Assembly: GCF_036321535.1 (NCBI RefSeq)
Contig: NC_087472.1
Location: 91,018,001 to 91,082,000, forward strand
Source of the DNA: Camelus dromedarius
Taxonomy: Eukaryota
DNA length: 64,000 bases
Reading direction: 5' to 3'
In this document: piece after piece, positions 52,101-63,407 of the stretch
Position numbering within the stretch: position 1 is the first letter of the stretch
Layout: each line of letters starts with the position of its first letter
The notes under the pieces: generated by a model
What the model was told of the DNA's origin: nothing
The model's input: only the letters and a program-made list of their open reading frames with translations
Database searches by the model: none
Made by a program: the position numbers and the translations under genes

Positions 52101-52959
52101 GAAAGGGAACATCCCGACCAATGCTTCACCACAGGCGAGGCCAACGCAATAGAGATGGATACCCTGGTGTTGGCACATGTGACATGCGGGCCCTGTCACT
52201 CAAAGACGTCTCAACCAACCAATGCAAGTTCTGACACACATGTAAAAACATCAAACAAAAGATCAGACAAGTTGTAGCCCCAAAATTCCACTTCCACTCC
52301 CAGACAGAGGCCTCCAAACAGATTGGCCCAGCTCTCAAAAGAGATGGACCCAGAGTGGCTCACTCCCTGCAAGAGAAGGAGCCCAGATGGAGCAGGTAGA
52401 ATTTTCTCATCCTGCGCAACTGGAGTGGCTCACCCCAAAAACGATACACACAAGAACACAAACAACAAATAAGCGATGGTCGCACAGACAATCAGAGGAG
52501 GTGTTGTCTAAGATTTCTACTTCCACTCCCAAACGGAGGCCTCCAAACAGACAGGCCCAGCTCCCGAAAGAGAACGGACCCACAGTGGCTCGCAATGAGC
52601 CCAGAGCAGCTCAGTTCCTAGTGGAAATGAGCCCAGAGCAGCTCAGTTCCTAGTGGAAATGAGCCCAGAGCAGCTCAGTTCCTAGTGGAAATGAGCCCAG
52701 ATGGAGTGAAGAGATTTCCCAGCCTGTGCAAGCTGGAGCGACTCACCCCCAGGCAACTCTGAATATGGATGGTAGCTCTGGATGTTCCTTGGCTCCAAAC
52801 AGCCTCATGCGTAGGGCGGCCAGCACCTGCGGGGGAGCGTCCCTCCTGGTTCCTGGGAGCCAAGTGAGCTCCAGCAGCTGCTGGGACCCAGGGAAGGGGC
52901 TGCCCCTGGCTGGGGTCGACCTGCCACGGGCACAGACTCCTGCGCTGGCTCACCAGAAT
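49145..52959 (-). mobile_element. Non-coding, AT-rich ERV1 (MER4-group-like) internal region
   Basis: PBS TGGTGAGCCAGCGCAGGAG (52937-52955, tRNA-Arg-like), PPT at the other end, no long ORFs. Confidence 0.7.
52594..52701 (+). repeat. Perfect 32-bp tandem repeat, about 3.4 copies
   Basis: AATGAGCCCAGAGCAGCTCAGTTCCTAGTGGA at 52594, 52626 and 52658, plus a partial copy at 52690. Confidence 0.97.
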
Positions 52960-53429
52960 TGTTACCGAAGGCAAGTTCATATGCCCACTGCACCAAGAGG
53001 CCAAACTGAAACATGAAAGTTTGGAACAAGAGAAAGGTTTATTGCAGGGCGAAGCAAGGAGGATGGGGTGGCTCACGCCCAAGAAAAACCCCGAGCTCCC
53101 CAAAGGGTTTCAGCAAAGCATATTTAAAGCCCAGGTGAGGGAGGGGGTCACAAGGTGCCTGACCAGCTCACGCACAATTCTCTGGTTGATGCTGAGGGAA
53201 CAGGGTGATCAACACTATCAACCCTCAGGCGCCAGAAGGTCTGGGGGCTACGCATTCTCCATCATCAAGTAGTTAATTTTTTCCCTTTGGTAGTACTTTT
53301 AAGCATCTGAAAAACTCAGGAAATATACATGAGATACTATTATCTGGGTGCTTCAGAGGGGAGCTACAGCAGAGGATATGGGGGAGGGGTCTGATCCTGG
53401 AAGGCCCCACAGGGTTCTGCTCAGTTACA
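52960..53429 (-). mobile_element. 5' LTR of the ERV1-like provirus
   Basis: Minus strand TGTAACTGAG...GGTAACA, AATAAA (plus TTTATT at about 53038), PBS immediately downstream. Confidence 0.85.
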
Positions 53430-53569
53430 ATGCTGATAATCAAAGGATTCATTGCTAGGAACCACAGAGAAATCGAGTAAGTGTAAGGGAATCATCCTCT
53501 CCTTTTTCCTTATTCTTAATGAGCTTATTAAAAAGGAACATTTGCTTCTTGAAGCAATGGAAAGGGTTG

Positions 53570-54072
53570 GTGCCTTGGTTTGGGCACCACCAGAAGCTGA
53601 TTCTGAGCTGATTGCATTTAAGTGCACACAGTTCATTCAGGCTGTACAGAAATCACCTGGGGCTGAGGAGTGACGCAGGGAAGGCAAAGCAGATAAGGCA
53701 CATTTTTTTAAGCCAACTTACTATGATGGGCACCTGGAGCTGAACCTTATGGGGCAACTCTGAAGTGGTGTAAAATACACACCTCAGAATTATCCCACCC
53801 AAGGGAAGCAGGAGCTGCGGTATTAATTATGAGAAATAATTTATAATGGGGGATAATAATTACAATGAGAGTTTTGGCTGAGGGATGTTCTCAGAGTGTT
53901 CATTCCCTGGCACTTCTGCCCTGCTGCACCAAGCACAGTAGTTCCAGAAAACAAAAATAAAAACAAAAAAATCCTTTAAACACAGAGATGCAGCTACTGG
54001 CCAGTGGAAGTCAGAGAGAACACAATGAAAGATGGGAGGGCAATGGATGGGGCACTGAGAGTGTCAGCTACA
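53570..54072 (-). mobile_element. ERVL LTR (LTR16/33 group)
   Basis: TGCCTTGGTTTGGG...CCAGAAGCTGATTCTGAG...CCTCAGAATTATCCCACC...GTCAGCTACA. Confidence 0.6.
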
Positions 54073-55239
54073 AGCAACTTCTGACTGCATCTCTGCCTTT
54101 TCTTTCCCTTTACCTAGGTGGTCATGGGCAGAATATGGAGCCCCTTCCAGCAACACATTTGTAAGTTTCTTTTCTCCCTCTGACTCTCCTTTCTTCTAGT
54201 CCTTTATATAGCTTTGGGTGGTTCTGATTGATTTGGTCTTCTTCCAGATCTTTCTGTGTCTACCCTGATGCCTTCAGGGCCTTGGCTTTTGATACCCAAA
54301 CCACTAAGGCTCTTGTGATCCAAAAACCTTTTCTCTCATACATATCAGTTCTGCAAAAAGCTTCAACAGCATATTTGGTAGTACAAAAATAAATGATTAT
54401 ATTTTCTTTCTGCTCATTTTCATAAGGAAAGTAATGCGAAGTTATAAATGAATTACTAATAATGAAAATCACATTGGTTTACATTTCAAAATACTATTCT
54501 GCTACAGGAAATATGGCATTGCTTTGTTTTCTATAAATCACCTTAAATTCTGCTTTGAGTCTCCATTCTCACTGGGCAGATGGTCTCAGTCATTATTGAA
54601 ACAATGCCCCTCTTGCTGTTACATCAGAATCCAAGAGTCCTAAAGAGAAAAGGGGAAGAGCCCTATGCAGTAAGGAATTTGGTCTTGTCAAGAGTGGTCT
54701 GGTCTTTGTCCTGACTCTTGGAGGTAACTTCTAAATGCTTAGAAATTCCCATGTGGTAGGAGTGTCTTTGTTATGCATAGTAAGCTCCCTGGACCACATC
54801 TGACATTTTATGTTAATGAGATGACTCAGGGTGGGGCTAGCCACATTAGTTTTTCTGTGTGGGCTGCCCATACTAGGAAGACAAACCATAGGGAGGTGAT
54901 AGAGAGGTGGATGGAGACTCAATTCAACCGCATTTCAATCAATCATACCTACATAATGAAGACCCAATACAAACTCTGAACACCAAAGTTTGGATGAGCT
55001 TCTGGATTGACAATATGCATGGAATATTGTTACACATTGATGTAAGGAGAGTAATGCATCCTGAGGACAATTGAATCTTTGAGTTTGGAACCCTTTGGAA
55101 CCCTCCCAGACTATGCCCTATGTATGCATCTTTGGCTGATTTTAATATATCTTTTCCCCTGTGAGTACAATAGATTTCACTGAGTTATGTGAGTCTTTCT
55201 AGGGAATTACCCAACCTGAAGGTGGCTTGAGATACTCCT

Positions 55240-56575
55240 GCCTATGTACTGTTGGTGGGAATGTAAATTGATGCAGCCACTATAGAAAATAGTATGGAGG
55301 GTCCTCAAAAAATAAAAAACAGAACTACCATACGATCCAGCATTTCCACTTCTCAGTATATACCTAAAGGAAATGAAATCATTATATTGAAGAGATATCT
55401 GCACCCACATGTTCACTGCAACATTATTTACAACGGCCAAGACATGGAAACAACCTAAGCGTCCATCAATGGATGAATGGATACAGAAGAAATCATTGAT
55501 ATATGGATATCTATTTATATGTGTGTGATTATATATGTATAATAAAATATTATACAGCCATAAAAAAGAAGGAAATCCTGCCATTTACAAGATGGATGTA
55601 TTTATGAGGGTATTACGCTAAGTGAAATAAGTCAGACAGAGAAAGATTGGTACTGTATGATCTCACTTGTATGTAGAAGCTAAAAAACAAAAAACAAAAT
55701 GAAACTAAAATCCATGCTCATAGAAAAGAGATCAGATTTCTTGTTACCAAAGGTGGGAGTGGGGGTGGGGTAATTGGATGAAGGTGGTCAAAAGTTACAA
55801 ACTTCCAGCTGTACAAAAAATAAGCACAGACAATCCCTGATTTATGATGGTTCAATTTACTGTTTGTTGACTTTACAATGGTGCGGAAGGGATACACATT
55901 CAGCAGGAACTATAGGTCAAATTTTGGATTATGATCTTTTCCCAGGCTAAAGATATGCGGGACAATACTCATGTTGCTGGACAGCAGAAGCGATCCACAG
56001 CTCCCAGTGAATGGTGTGATCACGAGGTTAAACAATCAATACACTTAAAACCATTCTGTACCCATACAACATTCTGTTTTTCACTTTCAGTATAATATTC
56101 AATAAATTACATGATATATTCAACACTTTATTATAAAATACACTTTGTATTAGATGATTTTTGCCCAACTGTAAGCTAATGTAAATGTTCTGAGCTCATT
56201 TAAGGTAGGCTAGACTAAGCTATGATGTTCTGTAGGTTATGTATATCAAGTGCATTTTCGAGTTCCAATGGGTTTATCTGGATACAACCTTATTGTAAGT
56301 TGAGGAGGATCTGTATTGGGGATGTAATGTACATGATGTCTATAGTTAACATTACCGTTTGGTACATTTAGAAGTTGCTAAGAGAGTAGTAGATCCTAAA
56401 AGTTCTTATCACAGAAACAAAATTTTTTTTTGTTAACTATATGAGGTGATGGATATTAACAAAACATTGTGGTAATCATTTTGCAATACGTCAAATTGTT
56501 ATGCTGTACACCTTAAATTTATGCAGTACTGTATGTTCATGATATCTCAGTAAAACCTGAAAAAAAAGAAAAGAA
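55240..56575 (+). mobile_element. L1MA-type 3' end split by a MER47-like element
   Basis: TGTTGGTGGGAATGTAAATTG...ATCTGCACCCACATGTTC...; A-rich tail at about 56560. Confidence 0.85.
55827..56313 (-). mobile_element. MER47/Tigger5-like DNA transposon
   Basis: CAGA...TCTG|TA termini; GGTAGGCTAGACTAAGCTATGATGTTC motif. Confidence 0.75.
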
Positions 56576-56919
56576 GAGAAACCCTTGTACTTGTAGTTAG
56601 TATCAGAATTCTTGAGCAGAATTGGCGGTCTGTCGGACTGTCTTTCACCTTGCACTTTGGCTCACTCCAAGTAGGCCCCTAATCATTTCACTATGGCTGA
56701 TCGTTCTGTTGTCAAAGACTGAGTTTCACTTGAGATACAGCAGTTCCCTGCTTTTGTGCCCTGCATGGGTCACAAAGTTTGCAGAGGTAAGAACCCCCAT
56801 AATTATATCCACTTCGCACCAACCCCTTTGAGTGTCTAACTAAATCACTATGCTGTACACCAGAATCTAACACAACGTTGTAAGCCAACTGTAATTCAAT
56901 AAGAAAAATAAGGTGGTAT

Positions 56920-57099
56920 CTTGGGCCATTTTTGAGAGATTTACTCAGTTTTCCTGAGTATTTCCCATGAATACAGGAGGTATACATATGATTAAATTTG
57001 CTTTTTTTTCCTCCTGTTAATCTGTTTTTTATTACAGAGAGGTCTCAGCCCAGAGCTCAGAAGAGTAGGGGGAAATTTATTTATTTTTCCTCCCTTACG
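56920..57099 (+). mobile_element. MER34-like LTR 3' fragment
   Basis: Reverse complement similarity to 42478-42640. Confidence 0.7.
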
Positions 57100-57383
57100 T
57101 GGTTATTCAAGGGGTAGGGACTGAAAGAATGTACAAGGGGGCTTCTGGGACTCTGGAAATATTCTCTTTCTTGATTTGCATACTACTTTACGTGTGTGTT
57201 CACTTGGTGAAATTTTGTAGAGCTACACACTTATGATTTGTGCATTACATGTTATTTTTCAATTAAAAGTTTGCATTAATATGGTATCCAGCTCTTCCTT
57301 TGACCTTAGGGCCACTTCTCTTCAGTGAACTCAGGGTTTAGAAAAAATTCCAGGATGGGTGGTGTCTTGTACTGACTTCGGCC

Positions 57384-57502
57384 TAGGGTGACCAACTGTC
57401 CCAGTTTGCCTGGGACTTTCCCAGTTTTCATACTGAAAGTTCCATATGCCAGAAACTCCCCCTCCACAAGTCCTGGACAAACTGGGAGAGTTGGTCACCC
57501 TA
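57384..57502. mobile_element. MER94-like hAT-Blackjack MITE
   Basis: TIRs TAGGGTGACCAACT / AGTTGGTCACCCTA; degenerate 8-bp TSD CTTCGGCC / TTTCAGTC. Confidence 0.85.
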
Positions 57503-58889
57503 TTTCAGTCTACAAATATAATATAAATTTAAGAAGACCATAAAAAGAATTGACTAACTTTCTGGAATGGTGGGAGGAAGAACATACATTATGCTCTCAA
57601 TAAATTATCCCACTACAATACTTATAGCTTACTCATCACTGTAATTGACAAAAGACCTCTCTGTTTGGGCAATGAAAGGCACACTATATCACTTTAAAAG
57701 TCAGAATCTACATTACCCTAAAATTTCAGGTCACACGCACACACACAGAGAACCATCTGAACCTAGATCCAGGGGGAGATATTCAAATGGAAAGTTTACT
57801 TTTAAAAAGGTCAAGTTATTCTTCCCTCAAGTTCCTATAGACAAGTGATTTCAGAGACAGAGGCCCCTTGAGATCTAAAGGAAATACTACTATAACACAA
57901 ATAAACCTTCGTGCAACCCAGCTGTGACATTTGATACCAGAGAGAATATGACTGAAAATACACAGTACTACTCTGGCTTTTCTCAAATGCAAAGGGAATT
58001 GTCAGAGACAACTGGAACTTGCAAGGACAAAACCCAAAACATGTGAATTTCCATTTATAGTTCAAAGGATGAAGTTGCTGGGGGTGAGTGGTAGGGTTGG
58101 GCTGAAGAATAGCTACTAGAAAGATGGAGGTCAGGCTTGGCCAAACATTTCCGAAATGAGAAGCCAGAAAAGAGAGGACCCACTTTAAATGAACTTCTCA
58201 GTCAACAAGTCCCTTAAAGTGTTGTTTCTTTAACGTCTTCTATTGCCCAGTGGTTAAATAGGCTCCCACACAACCCTGATTAAAATCATTTTCTGGGGCA
58301 CATTTTTCCAATTCCAGTTCTACAGCACTTAATGTTCCCTCCAAAATTGCTTTGGGGAGAGCAATTGCATGTCAAGGAAATGATTTCAAAAGTGCTTTCC
58401 TATAAGGGCTGAAGGAAATTCATACCTTCAATCTACAACTTGCAAAATACCAGGCTTTAGATTGCTTTTGGAAGTTCACACAATAAATTCAAGAAACCTG
58501 ATATCGAGTGAGGTAATCTTTAGAGAGTCTACATACACACTTAGTCTTTAAAACTATCATTTTAAAATAGGCGATTACCAATATTCTGCAGCAGAAGGTA
58601 TTTTTTACCCAAGTCAACTATTTGGATAGTGTGTTTTGTGAGCATTAGCTTTTATAAAATACCTTCTTTTCAGAGGCAATACCTTAAAACTTTTGCCTTC
58701 ACAACTTTTTGACACACTATATATTTAAACCCTGCACGTGTTCAGCCACAGACCTCAAAGGGATCCCATGCGGGTTTCTGGATCTTTTCAGTCTAGGCAA
58801 AAATAGACCTCATTTCTCACTGTGATCCAGTCCACCTTACCTAGGTTAAGATGTCTATGGACAGGTTTGGGAGCCAAAGTACTGCAGAG

Positions 58890-59262
58890 TGCATATTAGT
58901 CTGCTTTGGCTGCCATAACAAAATACCATACACTGGATGGTTTAAACAGCAGAAATTTTATTTTCTCATAGTTCTGGAGGGTAGGAAGTCCAAGGTCCAG
59001 TCCAAGGTGTTGGCCAATTCAGTTTCTGGTGAGAGCTTTCTTCTTAGAGTGCAGGTGGCCAACTTCTCGCTTTGTCCTTAGTGCATGTGTGTGGAGAGAG
59101 AGAAAAAAAGATCTCTCTACCTCTTCTTACAAAGCCACTAATTCTATCATGAGGGACTCACCTTCATCATCTTCCAAAACCCCATCTCCAAATACCGTCA
59201 CACTGAGGGTTAGGGTTTCAACAAATGAATTTGAGAGAGAGACAAATCTTCAGTCCATAATA
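58890..59262 (-). mobile_element. MLT1A-type LTR
   Basis: ATTAGTCTGCTTTGGCTGCCATAACAAAATACC...GGTTAGGGTTTCAACA...CAGTCCATA. Confidence 0.85.
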
Positions 59263-59579
59263 GAGGGTTCCTACTAAATCGTTTTTCTAGAAATCTATAA
59301 CATGGTAGGTTGCTTGCAGAAAATTCTGAGACTTTGGCTCCAGTCATCATTATTTCCTTCTTGGAAACCCAACAAATATTATGTATCACTTTGGACACTA
59401 AAAGAGAAAAAAAGCCCTTTATTAACTCAGAACACTTAATGGCATTACAACATTAGTACAATATCCTTAACAAGAAGAAAGGAAGATATGCTGCAGAAGA
59501 GGGTAAGGGACAGAGAGAGAACCACAGAGTAGCTGAATGCCAGTGGAGCATGACTTATCCAACGTACCTTGATTGTGAA

Positions 59580-59745
59580 AGACCTTTAGATCTTGGCTCT
59601 ACCAATCAGCAGCTGTGGGACTTCGGACAAGTTACTCACCTCTCTGAAGCTCAATTTCCACATTTGTAAAGTGAGAATAGTAATAGAAACCACTTGTCAA
59701 ATTTGTTGTGAGACCAGGAAACTATATGAAGAACACATGAAAATG
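59580..59745 (+). mobile_element. MIR SINE
   Basis: GGACAAGTTACTCACCTCTCTGAAGCTCAATTTCCACATTTGTAAA core. Confidence 0.75.
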
Positions 59746-61359
59746 TTTATTTCAATATTAACGTTGCCAATCATTTGGACTAGTATCTTCTCAGCCATTA
59801 TCTCCCACCAGAAACACATATCTGAGACACCTGTATCATATAATTGTGTTGCCACAGTTCGTGCCCTTCCTCTTCCCTCTTGGTTGAATATTCAGAGACA
59901 TCAAACTGAGGTTAAATGTCTTTTTACCCTATATGACTGCTTTCATGAATTTTAATAATCTGATTTATATAATCCCACCATGCCTTCTCCTTGTTAGACT
60001 AGAAAAGCTCCAACTCTCTTCCAACTACTTTGGTTAGATATTTTCCAGTATATTTTAGGGTTATTAAAAAGAAAAATACATTAATTCATTAACCAAATAG
60101 ATATTTATTGACTGTCCACCAAACACTATTGTAGGTACCAGGTGTATAGCAGTGAACAAAAGAGATCAAAGTCCTTTATATTTCAGACCAGTATGAAAAA
60201 CTATAATAATATAAACTTCTTAAAAGCCATTGACTTTGTTCCAGAACTTCTGTTTAGAATGGTCATTGTCTCCATTCTCAAATAAAATTGATATTTGATT
60301 TGTATTTAGATAGTGCAAATTAATGAAGGTATCTTTAGTGCTAGAGATAAAGGAATCTGGGGTAGATTTATCACACAATATGAACATCAAGAAAATGACA
60401 TGTAATACTCAGAAAAGAAAGCGAAATCTCTTTGTGACAGATTAATTTTTCATTCTCTTTAAAGGTTTATTTTATAACATAATAAGAGAGGAAACATTAA
60501 CAGATATTTAGAATATATTACAAGTGTGAAATTCACATTAAATATATCTGAAAGACAATAAAGAATTTGGGAAGCATCGTCAGCAATCTGGCAACCATAT
60601 TACAAAATTATAATGATGCATAGGTTTTCTCATATTTACAGTTATTAAAGTCACTGTTCACCTGTTTCACTAGACTTTCAAAATCAAGTTTTTGACAGGG
60701 CCCCAAAAGTCAGCTTCATTGCTAGTTATGAGATACTCTTTGAGCATTTATATCAATCATATCAAAACTGGGAAAAGTTTAGCTGCAATTTGTGTGTGTG
60801 TGTGGGAAGAGCCGTTTCCTTTTTGAAAGTGAGTCCTTTGATACCGTATGATATGGCAATCTGAGGGTGCCAGTTTCTACTTTGCTGGCCCCTGTGCCTT
60901 CTACAAATCGCTGACTCACTTTATGGAGTGGAATTAAGAAACTCTGTGAATCAATAGGCATTTGTGGCAGAGTGCTAGTTCTCCCTCAATATCCATTTTC
61001 TCTTTCTTCTAAGGAAATGGAATTTTAGCTAGGCACAACATTAACCAAGATTGGCAAGCTCTTGGACAGCAGCTCCCAGGCATCGGAAGCAATGTCCTAC
61101 AGAAGGATGGACGCCAGTCAGAGCTAACCAGACAGCAACCAAAAGTGGAAGAGAACATAGCTCTGTCAAGACTCATTCTTTGCCTGTGGCCTGTGATTTC
61201 AGAGCCCCACACAAGTGAAAATGCCAACTGCTTTCTGCAGCTTCACACTGAAGCATTTTAAAGGGGCTGCGAAAAGGGGAAGGCTTACAAGAGAAAAGAC
61301 TGTGGCTCCTCAAGGACTTTCCTTCCTGACCAATAAATGAAAGTCAGAGCACAGGTATA

Positions 61360-61704
61360 CAGTTAACCCTCTGTATCTGCAGGTTCTGCGTCCGTGGATT
61401 CAATGAATCATAGGTAGAAAATATTTGAAAAAAAAATTCCAAAAAGTTGCAAAAAGCAAAATGAATTTTCAGCAGACCAACAACTCTTTATGTAACATTC
61501 ACATTGTATTTACTATTATTTACATAGCATTTACATTGTATTAGGTATTATAAGTAATCTAGAGATGATTTAAAGTACATGGGGAGATGTGCGTAGGTTA
61601 TATGCAAACATTATGCCATTTTATAAAAGGGACTTGAACATCCATGGATTTTGGCATCCTGGGGGTCCAGGAACCAATCTCCCTTGAATACTGAGGAACA
61701 ACTG
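61360..61704 (-). mobile_element. MER2 (Tigger group) DNA transposon
   Basis: TA|CAGTTAACCCTC...GAGGAACAACTG|TA; GTCCAGGAACCAATC motif. Confidence 0.85.
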
Positions 61705-61909
61705 TATTAAGGACGTCAACTTCCCACCCAAACCTCCTAAGAAGAGCTTAAGGAAGCAGCTATCAAGTTCAGTAAGAAGAAGATGAGTCAGCACAGAGAA
61801 CAATGGAACAGTAGGAGAATTTGCCTGGGGGAGATCTCAGGCTATCACTACCTCTTTTTTCTTTCTTTTTTCAAACTTGAGGGGTTTTTTTGCTATCTCT
61901 TTACATTTC

Positions 61910-62722
61910 TTTTTTTTTTTTTAAATAAATATTTTATTGTTGAATCACCCTTCTACCTCTGGAGCTGTGCTTGGGGCCACTCTGACACTCTGTCTCCTCA
62001 TTACCAGTCCAGGAGAGGGGCTCTGGGCAGAGCATAGCTGCAGGGCCTTTTTCAAGTACTTGGGAAGCCGGAAGTCATCAGTCTTCCCTGGAGTCAGGAT
62101 CATTCCATTGACAGAGCAAAAGGGTGTTCCATCTGTCGGGGCCAGGGGCCATTGATGAATACCACCACTTAGCCATTTGGCCGCATGCCACTGAGGATAC
62201 CAGGGTCCACAGGCAGTCCTGAGGCCAGGTGGCTGTGCATCCTTCCCTAGCAGGACAGGCCTTTGAGCAGGATGGATGGCCAGTGCTGCCAGAATGTGCC
62301 ATGAACAAGCACCAAAGGCAGGGCCTGTGGGGTCTCCAAGGGCATCAGCCCCAACTCAGTTACTTGCAGGGATTAACCCTGATTGGCTCAGATGAGAGGG
62401 CACATGCTGGCATCCCTCGGCTGCTGCGTGAACCACTGCTTCCCACTGGTGTCCACCACTCACTCACATCTTCAGCTGAGAAGCTGAGGACCTGGGGCAG
62501 ATACAGGAGGGTGCCCAGGGGCAGGGAGGCTTTGTCCCCCATGGGTAGTCCTAGCTTCAAGGCTCCATGACCTAGGACATAGGACCAAGCCTTGGGTACT
62601 TGCACATCTTGGTCCAGTTCCCTGGGTCTGTGAGCCCTCCTATCCCTGGGCCCTGCTGCTTTCTGCCTCCTTCCTCTGGAGAAGTTCACGGCCAAGACAG
62701 ACTCCTGCTGCTGGGCGGCTCG
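61910..62722 (-). pseudogene. TRPT1: Processed pseudogene of tRNA 2'-phosphotransferase 1 (former CDS 62689-61934)
   Basis: Conceptual translation (V)NFSRGRRQKAAGPRDRRAHRPRELDQDVQVPKAWSYVLGHGALKLGLPMG...FSAEDV...LMPLETPQALPLVLVHGTFWQHWPSILLKGLSC*GR...ILTPGKTDDFRLPKYLKKALQL...GRRVIQQ* follows mammalian TRPT1 end to end. Intronless, with AATAAA overlapping the stop, a 13-nt poly-A, ATG changed to GTG, frameshifts and stops. Confidence 0.95.
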
Positions 62723-62844
62723 TTACTTCTGAATGTGATTGACAAGCAGGAAATAGAACAGAAGCCTATTATTAAATGTTACAGGGAATCTGAAAGCCAA
62801 AGAAAGCCAAAAGCCTGGCAAATGCCTATGGTTATTAGAGTCAC

Positions 62845-63407
62845 TGTAGGGAAGGAAAAATAACTTTCCCTCTAAACTTCTGGGTTCTTGGCTGAGACAC
62901 CCCTGTAATAAAAGACAGGTTAACAGGAGAACGACTGAAGTTTAATAATGTGTACTTCCCTGTGTACATAGGAGATGCTTAGGAAAACTAACTCCCCAAA
63001 ATGACCTGAACCCACAGTTAAATGCCAACTGCAGCTAAAGATGGAAGAAATGGCACTGGAGGTGGGGTGGGGGTGGGGGTGGGGAGCAGGGGCTGTCAGT
63101 TGTGGGAGGTTACCGGGCAAAGCACAGTAAACAAAGGTAAGGTTGTTATACAGATTTAGGTCGGTGACTTCTCCATTGATGACGGTTTCCAGATATCTAG
63201 AGCCATCCTACTCTTCCTGGTACAGAGAGGGAGACACCCTTACAAATGGAGGGTGTGTTATAAATGTAAATGTATCTTATAATAGGGTAACTTCTGATTG
63301 GTTTTCAGAGCTTCTCCTGTGACAGCTGTTTGTTAAAAATAATCAGCTCAAAATAATGCTTATGCTAAAGAGACATATTTTGTGGTGACAAATTCTGCTC
63401 CCCTTTA
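62845..63407 (-). mobile_element. MER34-like LTR
   Basis: Collinear with 42478-43013 (GTTCTTGGCTGAGAC, AAAGCACAGTAAACAA, GAGGGAGACACCCTTACAAATGGAG). Confidence 0.85.

Larger units (their letters stand above)
54666..56680 (+). mobile_element. MER21-like LTR split by an L1 (LTR parts about 54666-55235 and 56580-56680)
   Basis: GGAGGTAACTTCTAAA...GTTAATGAGATGACTCAGGGTGG...GAGTTATGTGAGTC; resumes at AACCCTTGTACTTGTAGTTAG. Confidence 0.7.

Noticed and set aside
52594..52701. 32-bp repeats as a CRISPR array
   Set aside because: No spacers, mammalian DNA and no cas genes; it is a simple tandem repeat.
52675..53272. Overlapping ORFs up to 142 aa as a possible gag
   Set aside because: They span LTR, PBS and leader sequence and show no gag motifs.
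62229..62570. 113-aa plus-strand ORF and neighbouring ORFs
   Set aside because: Antisense or off-frame shadows of the GC-rich TRPT1 retrocopy.
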